Positions 9,242-18,599 of a stretch of 64,000 bases of DNA are shown piece after piece. The stretch is from the NCBI GenBank assembly GCA_038870635.1, contig JAVZJR010000001.1, positions 90,133 to 154,132 on the forward strand, given 5' to 3'. The position numbers and the translations under genes were made by a program. Below the pieces are notes generated by a model, which saw only the letters and a program-made list of their open reading frames with translations, was not told the origin of the DNA and ran no database searches. The stretch's first letter is position 1. Each line of letters begins with the position of its first letter. This stretch comes from Candidatus Bilamarchaeaceae archaeon. Lineage in GTDB: Archaea > Micrarchaeota > Micrarchaeia > Anstonellales > Bilamarchaeaceae.

Positions 9242-9326
9242 GGCATTCGATACATCCCTCTCGATGAATTAGTAACGCGCCACAAACAGGACATTTTTCA
9301 AGTTTATGATTTTCGTTTTCTTCCAT
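9207..9326 (-). CDS. 39-aa stand-alone zinc-ribbon protein (not in ORF track)
   Basis: Manual translation MEENENHKLEKCPVCGALLIHREGCIECPKCGWSACDFG; begins 4 nt after the stop of the co-oriented upstream gene. Confidence 0.75.
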   Translation of the reverse strand: MEENENHKLEKCPVCGALLIHREGCIECPKCGWSACDFG

Positions 9327-9330
9327 ATAA

Positions 9331-9699
9331 TCATTTAAGAAGGCCGCCAAGCGACTTTATGCTTTTTATTATACCTTCTGATTTTGCCTTCCACCCTGCA
9401 AGGAAGCCTTTTAATTTTTCGGAGCCACGAAGTAATGATAAGATTTCACCAGCTGCATTTAGCATCTTTTTCTCTGAAGTAAAACTGCCGCCTTCATGGA
9501 GCACTCGAAGAAGTTCAGTAACTCCTGCTTTGGTATACATGTGTTCTCCTGTTTTGGGATCTATTTTATTTGTCCACTCTTTTACAAAAGCCTGTGCCTC
9601 CGGACTTTTTATAAATTCTTTAAAGGAGGAACCTCTTTCCTCTTTTTTTTCCTCAGGTTTAACCATTTCTTCTTTATAGATACCAAACCATTCAAGCAT
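9331..9699 (-). CDS. Hypothetical protein (122 aa)
   Basis: ATG 9699 after AAGGTGA SD; the longer track ORF runs antisense into the next gene. Confidence 0.65.
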   Translation of the reverse strand: MLEWFGIYKEEMVKPEEKKEERGSSFKEFIKSPEAQAFVKEWTNKIDPKTGEHMYTKAGVTELLRVLHEGGSFTSEKKMLNAAGEILSLLRGSEKLKGFLAGWKAKSEGIIKSIKSLGGLLK

Positions 9700-9766
9700 T
9701 ATGGTCACCTTATGCTTTGAGATAGGTATATTAAAATTTATAAATATTAACAGGTTTTGTTTAAAC

Positions 9767-10681
9767 ATGAAAAGTAGAATATACTTCCTAATGAGTATGC
9801 TAATCGTCTTTTTACTCTTAAGTGGTTGCATAAATATACCTACAAATGAAAAAGGAGTAGAAAAATACGAAAAACAAAATAATGAATTAAAAAATGAGGA
9901 CACTAAAGCGGTAAATACTCAAGAACAAAAAATTATAGATAACAAAACACAACAAACTGAGACAGATGAAAATAAATCAGTTTCAATTGAAGAAGAAATA
10001 AAGAAAACTAAAAAAAAGGAGATAAATTTCAAAACGAAAGATTCGTGGTTGATATATGGAGATATATATTATTCAAAAACAAAAGAGCCGCAAAAAGCAA
10101 TAGTTTTGCTTCATCAATTGGGGTCAGATAGAAATGATTACGCTTCACTCATACCGCCACTACAAGAAGCATTTCCAGAATACGATATAATAGCACTTGA
10201 TTTAAGAGGTCATGGCAAAAGTACAAACTTAGGCAGTTACAGCAACTTTGGGAGCGGTGATTATAAAGCGATGAAAAATGATGTTGAAGGGTTGAAAACT
10301 TATCTTGATGTAGAGAGACCAACAATAAAAGAATTTTACTTAGTAGGCTCAAGTATTGGAAGCTCAGTTGCGCTTGACTACGCAGCAAATAGCGGTTTTG
10401 TTAAAAAAGTGATAATGATATCGCCTGGTATTGCATACAAAAATTACAATATAAAAGAAGCTGCAAAAGATTATATGTACGGCTTGTACTTAGTAGCTGC
10501 AGAAGAAGATGATTACTCTGCTCAATCAGCAGAAGAGATATATCATTTATCTCCATCAGACTCAAAAGTCTTAAAGATATATTACAATATGGGAGCGCAT
10601 GGTATGGAGTTAAGTGAAAAAACAAAAAACGAAAGCGAGCCACTTAATAGTCTAATTATAAAATGGATTGGAAAAAACTAG
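9767..10681 (+). CDS. Alpha/beta-hydrolase, predicted lipoprotein
   Basis: Lipobox [13 protein letters not shown], nucleophile GSSIG, C-terminal AHG. Confidence 0.85.
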   Translation: MKSRIYFLMSMLIVFLLLSGCINIPTNEKGVEKYEKQNNELKNEDTKAVNTQEQKIIDNKTQQTETDENKSVSIEEEIKKTKKKEINFKTKDSWLIYGDIYYSKTKEPQKAIVLLHQLGSDRNDYASLIPPLQEAFPEYDIIALDLRGHGKSTNLGSYSNFGSGDYKAMKNDVEGLKTYLDVERPTIKEFYLVGSSIGSSVALDYAANSGFVKKVIMISPGIAYKNYNIKEAAKDYMYGLYLVAAEEDDYSAQSAEEIYHLSPSDSKVLKIYYNMGAHGMELSEKTKNESEPLNSLIIKWIGKN

Positions 10682-11787
10682 AAGATGCCTAAAAACTTTT
10701 TACCACTTTCTTTTTCAAATTCTTCAAGAAGTTCTCTTTGCCTTTTAGATAATTTCTTTGGTATTTCTACTTTTATATGAATTTTGAGGTCTCCCCTGCC
10801 GCTTCTCTGAAGACGAGGCATTCCTAAACCTTTTAGAGAAATAGTATCTCCCGGTTGCGTGCCTGCGGGGATAGTTATTTTTTTCTTTCCATCTACAAGA
10901 GTTTGTATCTCAATTTCTTTTCCTAAAGCGGCTGCTGTAAAAGGAATCGTATACTCAGTAATAAGGTCATCACCTTGCCGAGAGAATAAAGGATGTTTTT
11001 TTATCCTAACATCGATATAAAGGTCACCATAGCCTCCTTTATCATATTCTCCGCCATTATCTATTCTTATTCGCATCCCATCGAATGCGCCCGCTGGTAT
11101 ACCAATAACCATTTTTTCTTTTTGTTTTTTTATACCACTGCCTTCGCAAGCGCGGCATATTTTTTCATGAATCTTTCCACTTCCACCACATTTACGACAA
11201 GTAGTAATGGCTTGAAAAGTCATTGGACCCATTCTTTTAGTAGAGCGTACCTGCCCCCTGCCGCCGCAATCAGGGCAAAGGCGTAAAGAAGAACCAGGTT
11301 CTGCACCACTTCCGTTGCATACGTCACAACGTTTGTTCCTTACAAATTCAACTGTATGACTTACTCCTCTGGCAGCATCTTCTAATGTTATTTGAACAGT
11401 AGCTTGAAGGTCTGCACCTTTTCTTGCTCGTGAACTTCTACTAAAGCCGAAAATATCAAATGGATTTTTGCCAAATCTTCCAAAAGGCCCAAAACCAAAC
11501 TCAGCGAAAAGATCTTCGAAATCAGAAAAGTCTGCACCTCTGAATATATCTTCCTGCGTATAGTATTGGCCAAAACCTTCATGACCATAGGTATCGTACT
11601 GCCTTCTCTTCTCATCATCGCTAAGTACAGCATAAGCTTCATTTATCTCTTTGAACTTTTCCTCTGCTTCTTTTGATTTGTTGCGATCAGGATGATATTG
11701 TAGCGCTAGCTTTCGATAGGCGTTCTTTATCTCTTCTTTAGTTGCGTTCCTTGAAACACCGAGAATTTCGTAATAATCTCTCTTCAT
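10678..11787 (-). CDS. dnaJ: Chaperone DnaJ
   Basis: J domain with HPD, G/F region, four CxxCxGxG repeats. Confidence 0.98.
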   Translation of the reverse strand: MKRDYYEILGVSRNATKEEIKNAYRKLALQYHPDRNKSKEAEEKFKEINEAYAVLSDDEKRRQYDTYGHEGFGQYYTQEDIFRGADFSDFEDLFAEFGFGPFGRFGKNPFDIFGFSRSSRARKGADLQATVQITLEDAARGVSHTVEFVRNKRCDVCNGSGAEPGSSLRLCPDCGGRGQVRSTKRMGPMTFQAITTCRKCGGSGKIHEKICRACEGSGIKKQKEKMVIGIPAGAFDGMRIRIDNGGEYDKGGYGDLYIDVRIKKHPLFSRQGDDLITEYTIPFTAAALGKEIEIQTLVDGKKKITIPAGTQPGDTISLKGLGMPRLQRSGRGDLKIHIKVEIPKKLSKRQRELLEEFEKESGKKFLGIF

Positions 11788-11801
11788 TAATTCACTTCCT
11801 A

Positions 11802-13685
11802 TTAATTACTGTCTTCTGGCCTTTTTTGACCTCCAGTGCCATATCCCTCATAAGAGTTCCCCCCTGTATCGCCACTTGAGTAGCTACCACCTGCGCCAGG
11901 CCCAGGTCCTTCAGTACTGCCAAAACTTCCGCCGCCAGTGCTTTGCTGATAGAAAGAACCACCGATCTTTTCTAAAACTTTTTTAAGTTGGTCAGTTAAA
12001 TCATGAATCTTAGCTATGTCATCGCCTTTCATAGCCTCTAACAATTGCTCTTTTGCTTTTTTCACTTCATTCTTTTGCTCCTCTCCTATTTTATCCTTAA
12101 ACTCTTCTAGCATTTTATCTCCAGCGTATATGACAGATTCCGCATTATTTTTTGCCTGTGCAAGCTCATATTGTTTCTTATCTTGCTCTGCGTATTGCTC
12201 TGCCTCGCGCATTCTTTTTTGTATTTCCTCTTCGCTCATTTTGTGAGGCGCAACAATTTGTATTCTCTGTTCTTTACCAGTAGCCTTGTCTTTTGCTGAA
12301 ACATTTAGTATGCCATTGGCATCAATATCAAAAGTTACTTCTATCTGTGGAACGCCACGAGGAGCGGGGGGGATACCGGTAAGTGTGAAACGACCAAGTG
12401 AAATGTTATCTTTTGCCATTGGCCTCTCTCCCTGAAGCACGTGTATATCAACCGAAGTTTGAAAATCTGCAGCAGTAGTGAAGATTTGTGATTTTCTTGT
12501 AGGAATAGTGGTGTTTCTTTCGATAATCTTTGTCATTACGCCGCCAAGAGTTTCTATACCAAGAGTAAGCGGTGTTACATCAAGCAAAACAATATCTTTT
12601 ATTTCTCCTGAAAGGACTCCGCCTTGGATGGCCGCACCCATAGCAACACATTCCATTGGATCGATGCCGCGCTCCACTTTTTTGCCAACTATATCCTCAA
12701 CGAATTTTTGGATAATAGGCATTCGTGTAGGACCACCAACAAGTATAACTTTATCTATTTGACTCGGCATAAGTTTAGCGTCAGCTAGTGCACGCTCTAC
12801 AGGACCGCTGCAACGCTCTACGATTGGCCTAACAAGATCTTCGAGCTTGGCCCTTGTGAGTTTGTAAGTAAAGTGTTTAGGAGTATTGTTTACAGATGTT
12901 AGGAAAGGTAAATTTATTTCAGTCTCAAGCATTGTTGATAGCTCTATCTTTGCTTTTTCTGCAGCTTCCCATATCCTATTTACTGCTTGTTTATCATTTC
13001 TTATATCTACACCACTTTGTTTTCTGAATTCATCTATCAAGAACTCTGCGATTACTCTATCCATATCAGTTCCACCGAGTTGGGTATCTCCAGCAGTTGC
13101 TTTTACCTCAAAAACACCACCACCAAATTCCATTATAGTAACATCTAAAGTACCGCCACCTAAATCAAAAACCATTATCTTCATGTCTTTTCCAACTTTA
13201 TCAAGCCCGTAAGCAAGACAGGCAGCAGTAGGCTCATTAACTAAACGCACTACTTCTAAGCCAGCGATTCTTCCTGCATCTTTTGTTGCCTGCCTTTGAT
13301 TATCATTGAAGTAAGCGGGCACTGTTATAACTGCTTTTGTAACTGGTTCACCTAAATGAGCTTCTGCATCTTTTTTTATTTTCTGCAATATAAAAGCAGA
13401 GAGTTCTTGCGGCGTGTACTCTTTTCCTCTAATGTTGTAACGAAAAGTTGTTCCCATCTTACGTTTAAAACCAGTTACTGTTCCTTCTGGATTAGCGACA
13501 AGTTGTCTTTTTGCTGGCTCTCCAACAAGACGTTGACCATCTGCTGTAAAAGCTACATAACTGGGAAACGACTTTCCATAGAGTGATGTCCCTTCACTAC
13601 TTGGAATTATACGTGGTTTTCCACCATCTAAATAAGCTGCTGCACTATTTGAAGTTCCTAAATCTATCCCTATAATTCTACTCAT
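11802..13685 (-). CDS. dnaK: Chaperone DnaK (Hsp70)
   Basis: [50 protein letters not shown]. Confidence 0.98.
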   Translation of the reverse strand: MSRIIGIDLGTSNSAAAYLDGGKPRIIPSSEGTSLYGKSFPSYVAFTADGQRLVGEPAKRQLVANPEGTVTGFKRKMGTTFRYNIRGKEYTPQELSAFILQKIKKDAEAHLGEPVTKAVITVPAYFNDNQRQATKDAGRIAGLEVVRLVNEPTAACLAYGLDKVGKDMKIMVFDLGGGTLDVTIMEFGGGVFEVKATAGDTQLGGTDMDRVIAEFLIDEFRKQSGVDIRNDKQAVNRIWEAAEKAKIELSTMLETEINLPFLTSVNNTPKHFTYKLTRAKLEDLVRPIVERCSGPVERALADAKLMPSQIDKVILVGGPTRMPIIQKFVEDIVGKKVERGIDPMECVAMGAAIQGGVLSGEIKDIVLLDVTPLTLGIETLGGVMTKIIERNTTIPTRKSQIFTTAADFQTSVDIHVLQGERPMAKDNISLGRFTLTGIPPAPRGVPQIEVTFDIDANGILNVSAKDKATGKEQRIQIVAPHKMSEEEIQKRMREAEQYAEQDKKQYELAQAKNNAESVIYAGDKMLEEFKDKIGEEQKNEVKKAKEQLLEAMKGDDIAKIHDLTDQLKKVLEKIGGSFYQQSTGGGSFGSTEGPGPGAGGSYSSGDTGGNSYEGYGTGGQKRPEDSN

Positions 13686-13697
13686 AATATCACCTCT

Positions 13698-14216
13698 TTA
13701 ATTTTTTTCATTTTTATTATCATTACTTTTTCTACCTATTATCACTTTTGCATGGCGCAATACTTTTCCATTGAGAAGATAACCTTTTTGCACTACTGCC
13801 AAAATCTTTCCATCTTCTCCTTCTTCTGTTTTTACCGCTTCATGAAGATAAGGATCAAATCTACCGCTACTTAAATCCATTTCCTCTAAACCTTCTTTTT
13901 TTAATGTAGAAAAGAGATTTTTGTATACTAAATCCATACCGTGGCGAAATTCTTCTGCATTATTTTTCTGTTGTAAACCAAGTTCAAATTGATCCAAGAT
14001 AGGCAATATATTAAGAATTAAAGATGCTTTACTACTCTTTGCAAAGTCAACCTTTTCTTTTTCAGCTTTTTTTATGTAGTTATCAAAATCAGCATGAAGG
14101 CGCAAAAGCTTGTCCTCTAACTCTTTAAGGCGTTCCTCCAGCTTCTGCGCCCCTTCGTTGTCTTTTTCTTCATTCTGTTTTTTCTCTATTTTTTTCTCGT
14201 CGTTTTTTTCGCTGAT
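13698..14216 (-). CDS. grpE: Nucleotide exchange factor GrpE (start uncertain; probably ATC at 14216)
   Basis: ADFDNY, FDPYLHEAV, KGYLLNGKVLRHAKV; the frame stays open 37 codons upstream of the track TTG (14105) with GrpE-like charged sequence. Confidence 0.9.
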   Translation of the reverse strand: MSEKNDEKKIEKKQNEEKDNEGAQKLEERLKELEDKLLRLHADFDNYIKKAEKEKVDFAKSSKASLILNILPILDQFELGLQQKNNAEEFRHGMDLVYKNLFSTLKKEGLEEMDLSSGRFDPYLHEAVKTEEGEDGKILAVVQKGYLLNGKVLRHAKVIIGRKSNDNKNEKN

Positions 14217-14220
14217 AACA

Positions 14221-14658
14221 TCACCTTACTTTTATTTCTTTCTTTGGTGCGCTTGCGGCTACTTTAGGCAAACTAATAGTCAACACGCCGTTTTTGAATT
14301 CGGCATCAACTTTATTTGGATCTATTTCTTCAGGTAAACCAAACACACGTTTGTATCCTGTATAACTTCGCTCGCAATAATAATAGTTCTTTTTCTTCTC
14401 CTCATCAACAATTTTTCGCTCTGCACTAACAGAAACTGAATTCTTGTCCGCAGTTATTTTTATGTCTTCTTTTTCAACTCCAGGCAATTCAACACGAAGC
14501 TCAAAAGAATTTCCCTTATCTACAAGATCACTTAATGGGCTTCTGATAGACCACTCTTTTCGCCCCACCGTCATAAAGTTTTCAAACAAGTCATCCATCT
14601 CTTCTTGCAGCTTTCTAATCCTTTCAAAAGGGTCATACAACCTTATTTCTCTTCTCAT
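14221..14658 (-). CDS. hsp20: Small heat-shock protein Hsp20
   Basis: ELPGVEKEDI, ERSY..Y.R...LP, A.FKNGVLTI.LPK, C-terminal IKV motif. Confidence 0.95.
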   Translation of the reverse strand: MRREIRLYDPFERIRKLQEEMDDLFENFMTVGRKEWSIRSPLSDLVDKGNSFELRVELPGVEKEDIKITADKNSVSVSAERKIVDEEKKKNYYYCERSYTGYKRVFGLPEEIDPNKVDAEFKNGVLTISLPKVAASAPKKEIKVR

Positions 14659-14669
14659 ACAATCACCTC

Positions 14670-15146
14670 TTAATCCATACGCATTATTTCATTTTCTATC
14701 AAGCGTGCGATGCGTTTTATTTTTTCAAAACGGCGAAGTATTTCTTCTTCCAATTCTTCAATAGTATCATCTAATCGTTGTCTCTTAAGATAGTAATATC
14801 GTCCATGCTTTACAACAAGGCCGGATTTCATCAAAGTGTTTAAATGATAAACAACCGCGCCTTGCGTAACTTTACATCTTTCACTTATTTCAGCAGAACG
14901 GACACCACCATCACTTCTTTTTACGAGTTCTTTAAAAACTTCTTTTGCAACGCGATCATCTTCCTCACCAAAACCAAGACATTGAAATATCCATTCTATG
15001 TATTCCTCAGCATTTCTTCCACGTGGTTCTTGAACATCCTTTAGTATAATGGCCGCACATGGTTTTTTCCTGTATGCTGCTGCAGGGTTATCGTTTAGTT
15101 TTATAACTTTTAGTTTTTTTGGTCTTATCTTTTGGGAAGCGACCAT
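14670..15146 (-). CDS. Winged-helix (ArsR-like) transcription regulator heading the chaperone operon
   Basis: SAEISERCKVTQGAVVYHLNTLMKSGLV..HGRYY wHTH plus C-terminal coiled coil. Confidence 0.8.
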   Translation of the reverse strand: MVASQKIRPKKLKVIKLNDNPAAAYRKKPCAAIILKDVQEPRGRNAEEYIEWIFQCLGFGEEDDRVAKEVFKELVKRSDGGVRSAEISERCKVTQGAVVYHLNTLMKSGLVVKHGRYYYLKRQRLDDTIEELEEEILRRFEKIKRIARLIENEIMRMD

Positions 15147-15173
15147 GAAAGAATTATAAAATGAAAAAATTTA

Positions 15174-15220
15174 AAAATGTTTTGAAAATTTTAACATTTT
15201 ATTAAAATTTTTATAAAAAT
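15174..15220. promoter_or_regulatory. Inverted repeats in the divergent promoter region of the chaperone operon
   Basis: AAAATGTT-N11-AACATTTT (15174-15200) and palindrome ATTTTTATAAAAAT (15207-15220); the region is very AT-rich, so specificity is low. Confidence 0.3.
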
Positions 15221-15259
15221 AATGCGAAAAATTATAAAAGTAGAACGAAAAAAAACAGC

Positions 15260-15823
15260 ATGAAAGAAAGAGTAGCAGGCTCCCTGTTGATTTTTGCATC
15301 TTTGCAGCTTTTCTTTAGCATAATCGTCTCCGAAGGTATGTATGAGGGATATCATACAAACAACAATATGATAAGCGATTTAGGTGTTGGTAAAACAGCA
15401 ATAATATTTAATACAGCAATGGTATTGCAAGGGTTGTGCGCAGCAATTGCCGCTTATTACATATTACAAATTTTCAAACAAAAAATAATTTTTTATACAA
15501 TGCTACTCTCTTCAATCGGTGCGATAATTGTCGGCATTTTTCCTGAAACAATCATAGCACCACATGCTGCTGGCGCCTTTTTAGTGTTCTTTTTTGGCGG
15601 AATTGCTGCCATACTTTCACAAAAATTTTTTCCTTCGACAACTCCTGTCTTCACTACACTTGGTGCCATTTCCATCTTATTTTTTCTACTCTTCTCACTT
15701 GCATGGTTTAATGGTTTAAAGTCAGGTGTTTTAGAGAGAATGATAGCGTACCCACTTATTTTTTGGGAATTTGGCGCGGGTATTATACTTCTCTATAATA
15801 GAGAAAATGCAAAAAACAAATAG
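15260..15823 (+). CDS. DUF998-like membrane protein
   Basis: ISDLG, GIFPE...H and G.LER motifs; several TM helices. Confidence 0.75.
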   Translation: MKERVAGSLLIFASLQLFFSIIVSEGMYEGYHTNNNMISDLGVGKTAIIFNTAMVLQGLCAAIAAYYILQIFKQKIIFYTMLLSSIGAIIVGIFPETIIAPHAAGAFLVFFFGGIAAILSQKFFPSTTPVFTTLGAISILFFLLFSLAWFNGLKSGVLERMIAYPLIFWEFGAGIILLYNRENAKNK

Positions 15824-15852
15824 CTTTTATTTTTAATTATCGATAGCAGAGT

Positions 15853-16785
15853 ATGCAACAAAAAATAAAAGACGAAATAAAAGACATAAAATCTCTAAAA
15901 ATACAAGGAGCGAGAAATGTTGCAAAAGCAGCGTTAGATGCTCTAATTTTGCAGGCAAGACTATCAAAAGCAAAAAACATCCATTATTATGTAAAAGAAC
16001 TAACAGCAGTAAAGGAAATTTTAGCTTACTCGAGACCAACGGAACCTATGATGAGAAACCTCTTAGATGACGCAATAGATTTCTTAGTCGTAGAATCAAA
16101 AAAAGTAAAAAGTATGGATGAATTGCGAGAGATCTTTGTAAGAAGAGAAAAAGAAGTTATAGAAAGATTAGACCAAGATGCTAAAAAAATATATGAATAT
16201 GGTGCAAGATTAATACCCAAAGGTTACACAGTAATGACGTATTGCCACAGTTCTACTGTGACTGGTATACTAAAAAAAGCAAGAGAAAAAGATAGAACAC
16301 TTAAAGTAATAGTGTGTGAAACAAGGCCGCGATACCAAGGAAGAATAACAGCAAAAGAGCTAGCAGAAGCTGGCATAGATACCACTCTTATAGTAGATGG
16401 TGCAGTAAATATGTTTATGAAAAAAACCGATCTTGTACTTGTTGGGGCAGATTCTGTTACAAGCAGGGGCGACCTCATAAATAAAGTCGGCACCTCCACA
16501 TTAGCCCATATAGCTAGAATGCATGATGTTTCTTTTTATTCTGCAGCAGAACTCTTTAAGTACAGTAGAAAAACATTTGAAGGAGAACTTGAAAAAATAG
16601 AAGAAAGAGATAAAAAAGAAGTATGGGAAGACGCCCCTAAAAAAGTAAAGATAAGGAATCCTGCTTTTGATGTCACTTCTGCAAAATACATCAATGGTTA
16701 TATAACAGAAGTTGGTGTAATCCCACCTCAATCTTTTTTTGCGCTAGCAACTGAAAAGTTAGGATTGAAAATATTTGGAAGGTGA
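15853..16785 (+). CDS. Ribose-1,5-bisphosphate isomerase (eIF-2B/MtnA family)
   Basis: IQGA, RPTEP, CHSSTV, ETRP..QG, GAD...NKVGT, NPAFDVT; adjacent to AMP phosphorylase. Confidence 0.88.
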   Translation: MQQKIKDEIKDIKSLKIQGARNVAKAALDALILQARLSKAKNIHYYVKELTAVKEILAYSRPTEPMMRNLLDDAIDFLVVESKKVKSMDELREIFVRREKEVIERLDQDAKKIYEYGARLIPKGYTVMTYCHSSTVTGILKKAREKDRTLKVIVCETRPRYQGRITAKELAEAGIDTTLIVDGAVNMFMKKTDLVLVGADSVTSRGDLINKVGTSTLAHIARMHDVSFYSAAELFKYSRKTFEGELEKIEERDKKEVWEDAPKKVKIRNPAFDVTSAKYINGYITEVGVIPPQSFFALATEKLGLKIFGR

Positions 16786-16790
16786 GAAAG

Positions 16791-18407
16791 ATGGTAAATA
16801 AAAATAATGAAAATATAAATAACGATAAAAAGAAAAACGACAATAACAAAATTTTTGTAGAAAAAGAAACAACGAAAGTAGATGTTTGGAGAATAAAGAA
16901 ATATGTGTGTAAAGTAAAACCAATAGGAATTTATACAGGTAAAAACATAATAGTGCTAAACAAAACGCAAGCAATGGGACACGATATATACGAAGGCTAT
17001 CGAACAATATTGAAAAAAAATAGCACAGAAATAGTAGCAATAGTAGACGTTAGCGATGAGATAGTAAAACACGGAGAGGTTGGTGTTTATTCCGATATCG
17101 CAAAGGAATTTGGACTTAAAGAAGGTGACACAGTAGAAATAGTGCACATGGACCAACCTGATTCAATAGCATACATAAAAAAGAAATTAAATAAGGGAAC
17201 GCTTAGTGAGCATGAAATAAAAACAATAGTAAACGAAATAATGCGAAACGAATTAAGCGAAATAGAAGTGTCGGCTTGGATAACGGCTGCTTACATCAAT
17301 GGTTTTTCAGATGATGAGATAGTAGCACTAACTAATGCAACAGTGGAATCTGGAGAACGTTTGGAACTCGGAAAAAAACCAGTTGTAGATAAACATTGTA
17401 TAGGAGGAGTTGCTGGAAACAGAACTACCATGATAGTAACTCCAATAATAGCTGCCGCTGGTCTTTATATACCTAAAACATCTTCACGAGCGATAACATC
17501 CGCGGCTGGGACTGCAGACACAATGGAAGTTCTTTGCAATGTAACATTCAATATCCATGAGTTGAAAGAAATCGTACTAAAAACACATGGTGCGATGGTA
17601 TGGGGCGGCGGAATGAAACTTGCCCCTGTGGATGATAAACTCATAAGAATCAGACACCCATTAAGCTTGGATCCAGAGGGAATGTTATTGGCGAGCATAC
17701 TCGCGAAGAAGAAAGCAGTGGGCGCAGAATATGTTATAGTTGATATTCCAGTCGGACGCGGTGTTAAAGTACCATACTACGAAAAAGGACAAGAATTAGC
17801 TAAACATTTCCTTAGAATAGGAAATCAACTTAACATGAAATTAGAGGTTCTGATAACGGATGGTGCTGAACCTATAGGACAAGGTATCGGACCTGCATTA
17901 GAATGTATAGATGTTCTAAAAGTTTTATCTGGCGAAGGCCCAGAAGATCTTAAACACAAATCCCTTTTAATGGCTGGAAAATTGCTTGAGTTAACTGGTA
18001 AAGTAGGAAAAGATGAAGGTTACAAAGCAGCTGAAGAAATTCTACTTTCTGGGAAAGCGCTTAGGAAATTCTTAGAAATAGTAGAAGCGCAAGGCGGAAA
18101 CCCAAACGTAAAGATAACAGATATCCCTGTTGGTCAGTATACTTATACTGTAAAGGCTCAAACAAAAGGGACTATTTACCATATTGATAACCACACAATA
18201 GCAAAAATAGCAAGAATAGCAGGCGCACCCCGTTCGAAAGGTGCTGGCGTTTTACTTCATAAAGCACGAGGTGATAGAATAGTCCCTGGCGATCCATTAT
18301 TCACGATATATGCTGAAAGCGAGCAATCTTTAGATTATGCAATAAAGGCACTTGAAAAAATAGAACCAATAGAACTCAGAAAGATGCTTCTTGGCACAAT
18401 GATGTAA
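16791..18407 (+). CDS. deoA: AMP phosphorylase (archaeal DeoA family)
   Basis: DKHCIGGVAGNRTT, KTSSRAITSAAGTADTMEVL, ASILAKKKA; ATG 16791 after AGGTGA. Confidence 0.94.
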   Translation: MVNKNNENINNDKKKNDNNKIFVEKETTKVDVWRIKKYVCKVKPIGIYTGKNIIVLNKTQAMGHDIYEGYRTILKKNSTEIVAIVDVSDEIVKHGEVGVYSDIAKEFGLKEGDTVEIVHMDQPDSIAYIKKKLNKGTLSEHEIKTIVNEIMRNELSEIEVSAWITAAYINGFSDDEIVALTNATVESGERLELGKKPVVDKHCIGGVAGNRTTMIVTPIIAAAGLYIPKTSSRAITSAAGTADTMEVLCNVTFNIHELKEIVLKTHGAMVWGGGMKLAPVDDKLIRIRHPLSLDPEGMLLASILAKKKAVGAEYVIVDIPVGRGVKVPYYEKGQELAKHFLRIGNQLNMKLEVLITDGAEPIGQGIGPALECIDVLKVLSGEGPEDLKHKSLLMAGKLLELTGKVGKDEGYKAAEEILLSGKALRKFLEIVEAQGGNPNVKITDIPVGQYTYTVKAQTKGTIYHIDNHTIAKIARIAGAPRSKGAGVLLHKARGDRIVPGDPLFTIYAESEQSLDYAIKALEKIEPIELRKMLLGTMM

Positions 18408-18444
18408 AGTTTAAAAAGAGTTGTAATAGTAATTTTCATACTAA

Positions 18445-18573
18445 CCCGACGTAGCTCAAAGTGGCGTATGCCCGAGCAATGGTAGAGCGATCGGCTGTAG
18501 TTTGTTTTCTCCATATGGAGAGATAGGTCGCTCAGAAACCGATAGGTTCCTGGTTCAAGTCCGGGCGTCGGGA
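18445..18573 (+). tRNA. tRNA-Tyr(GTA) with two introns (18460-18479 at 15/16; 18501-18537 at 37/38)
   Basis: Acceptor CCCGACG/CGTCGGG with C1-G72 and A73; D stem GCTC/GAGC; anticodon arm ATCGG-CT-GTA-GA-CCGAT after splicing; T arm CCTGG-TTCAAGT-CCGGG; the spliced product is a 72-nt cloverleaf with an A15-U48 pair. Confidence 0.92.
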
Positions 18574-18599
18574 TTTTTTTACTTTTAAGAAGTGGTATT

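Noticed and set aside
15853..16785. Annotation as eIF-2B subunit or MtnA
   Set aside because: The CHS motif and adjacency to AMP phosphorylase favour R15P isomerase
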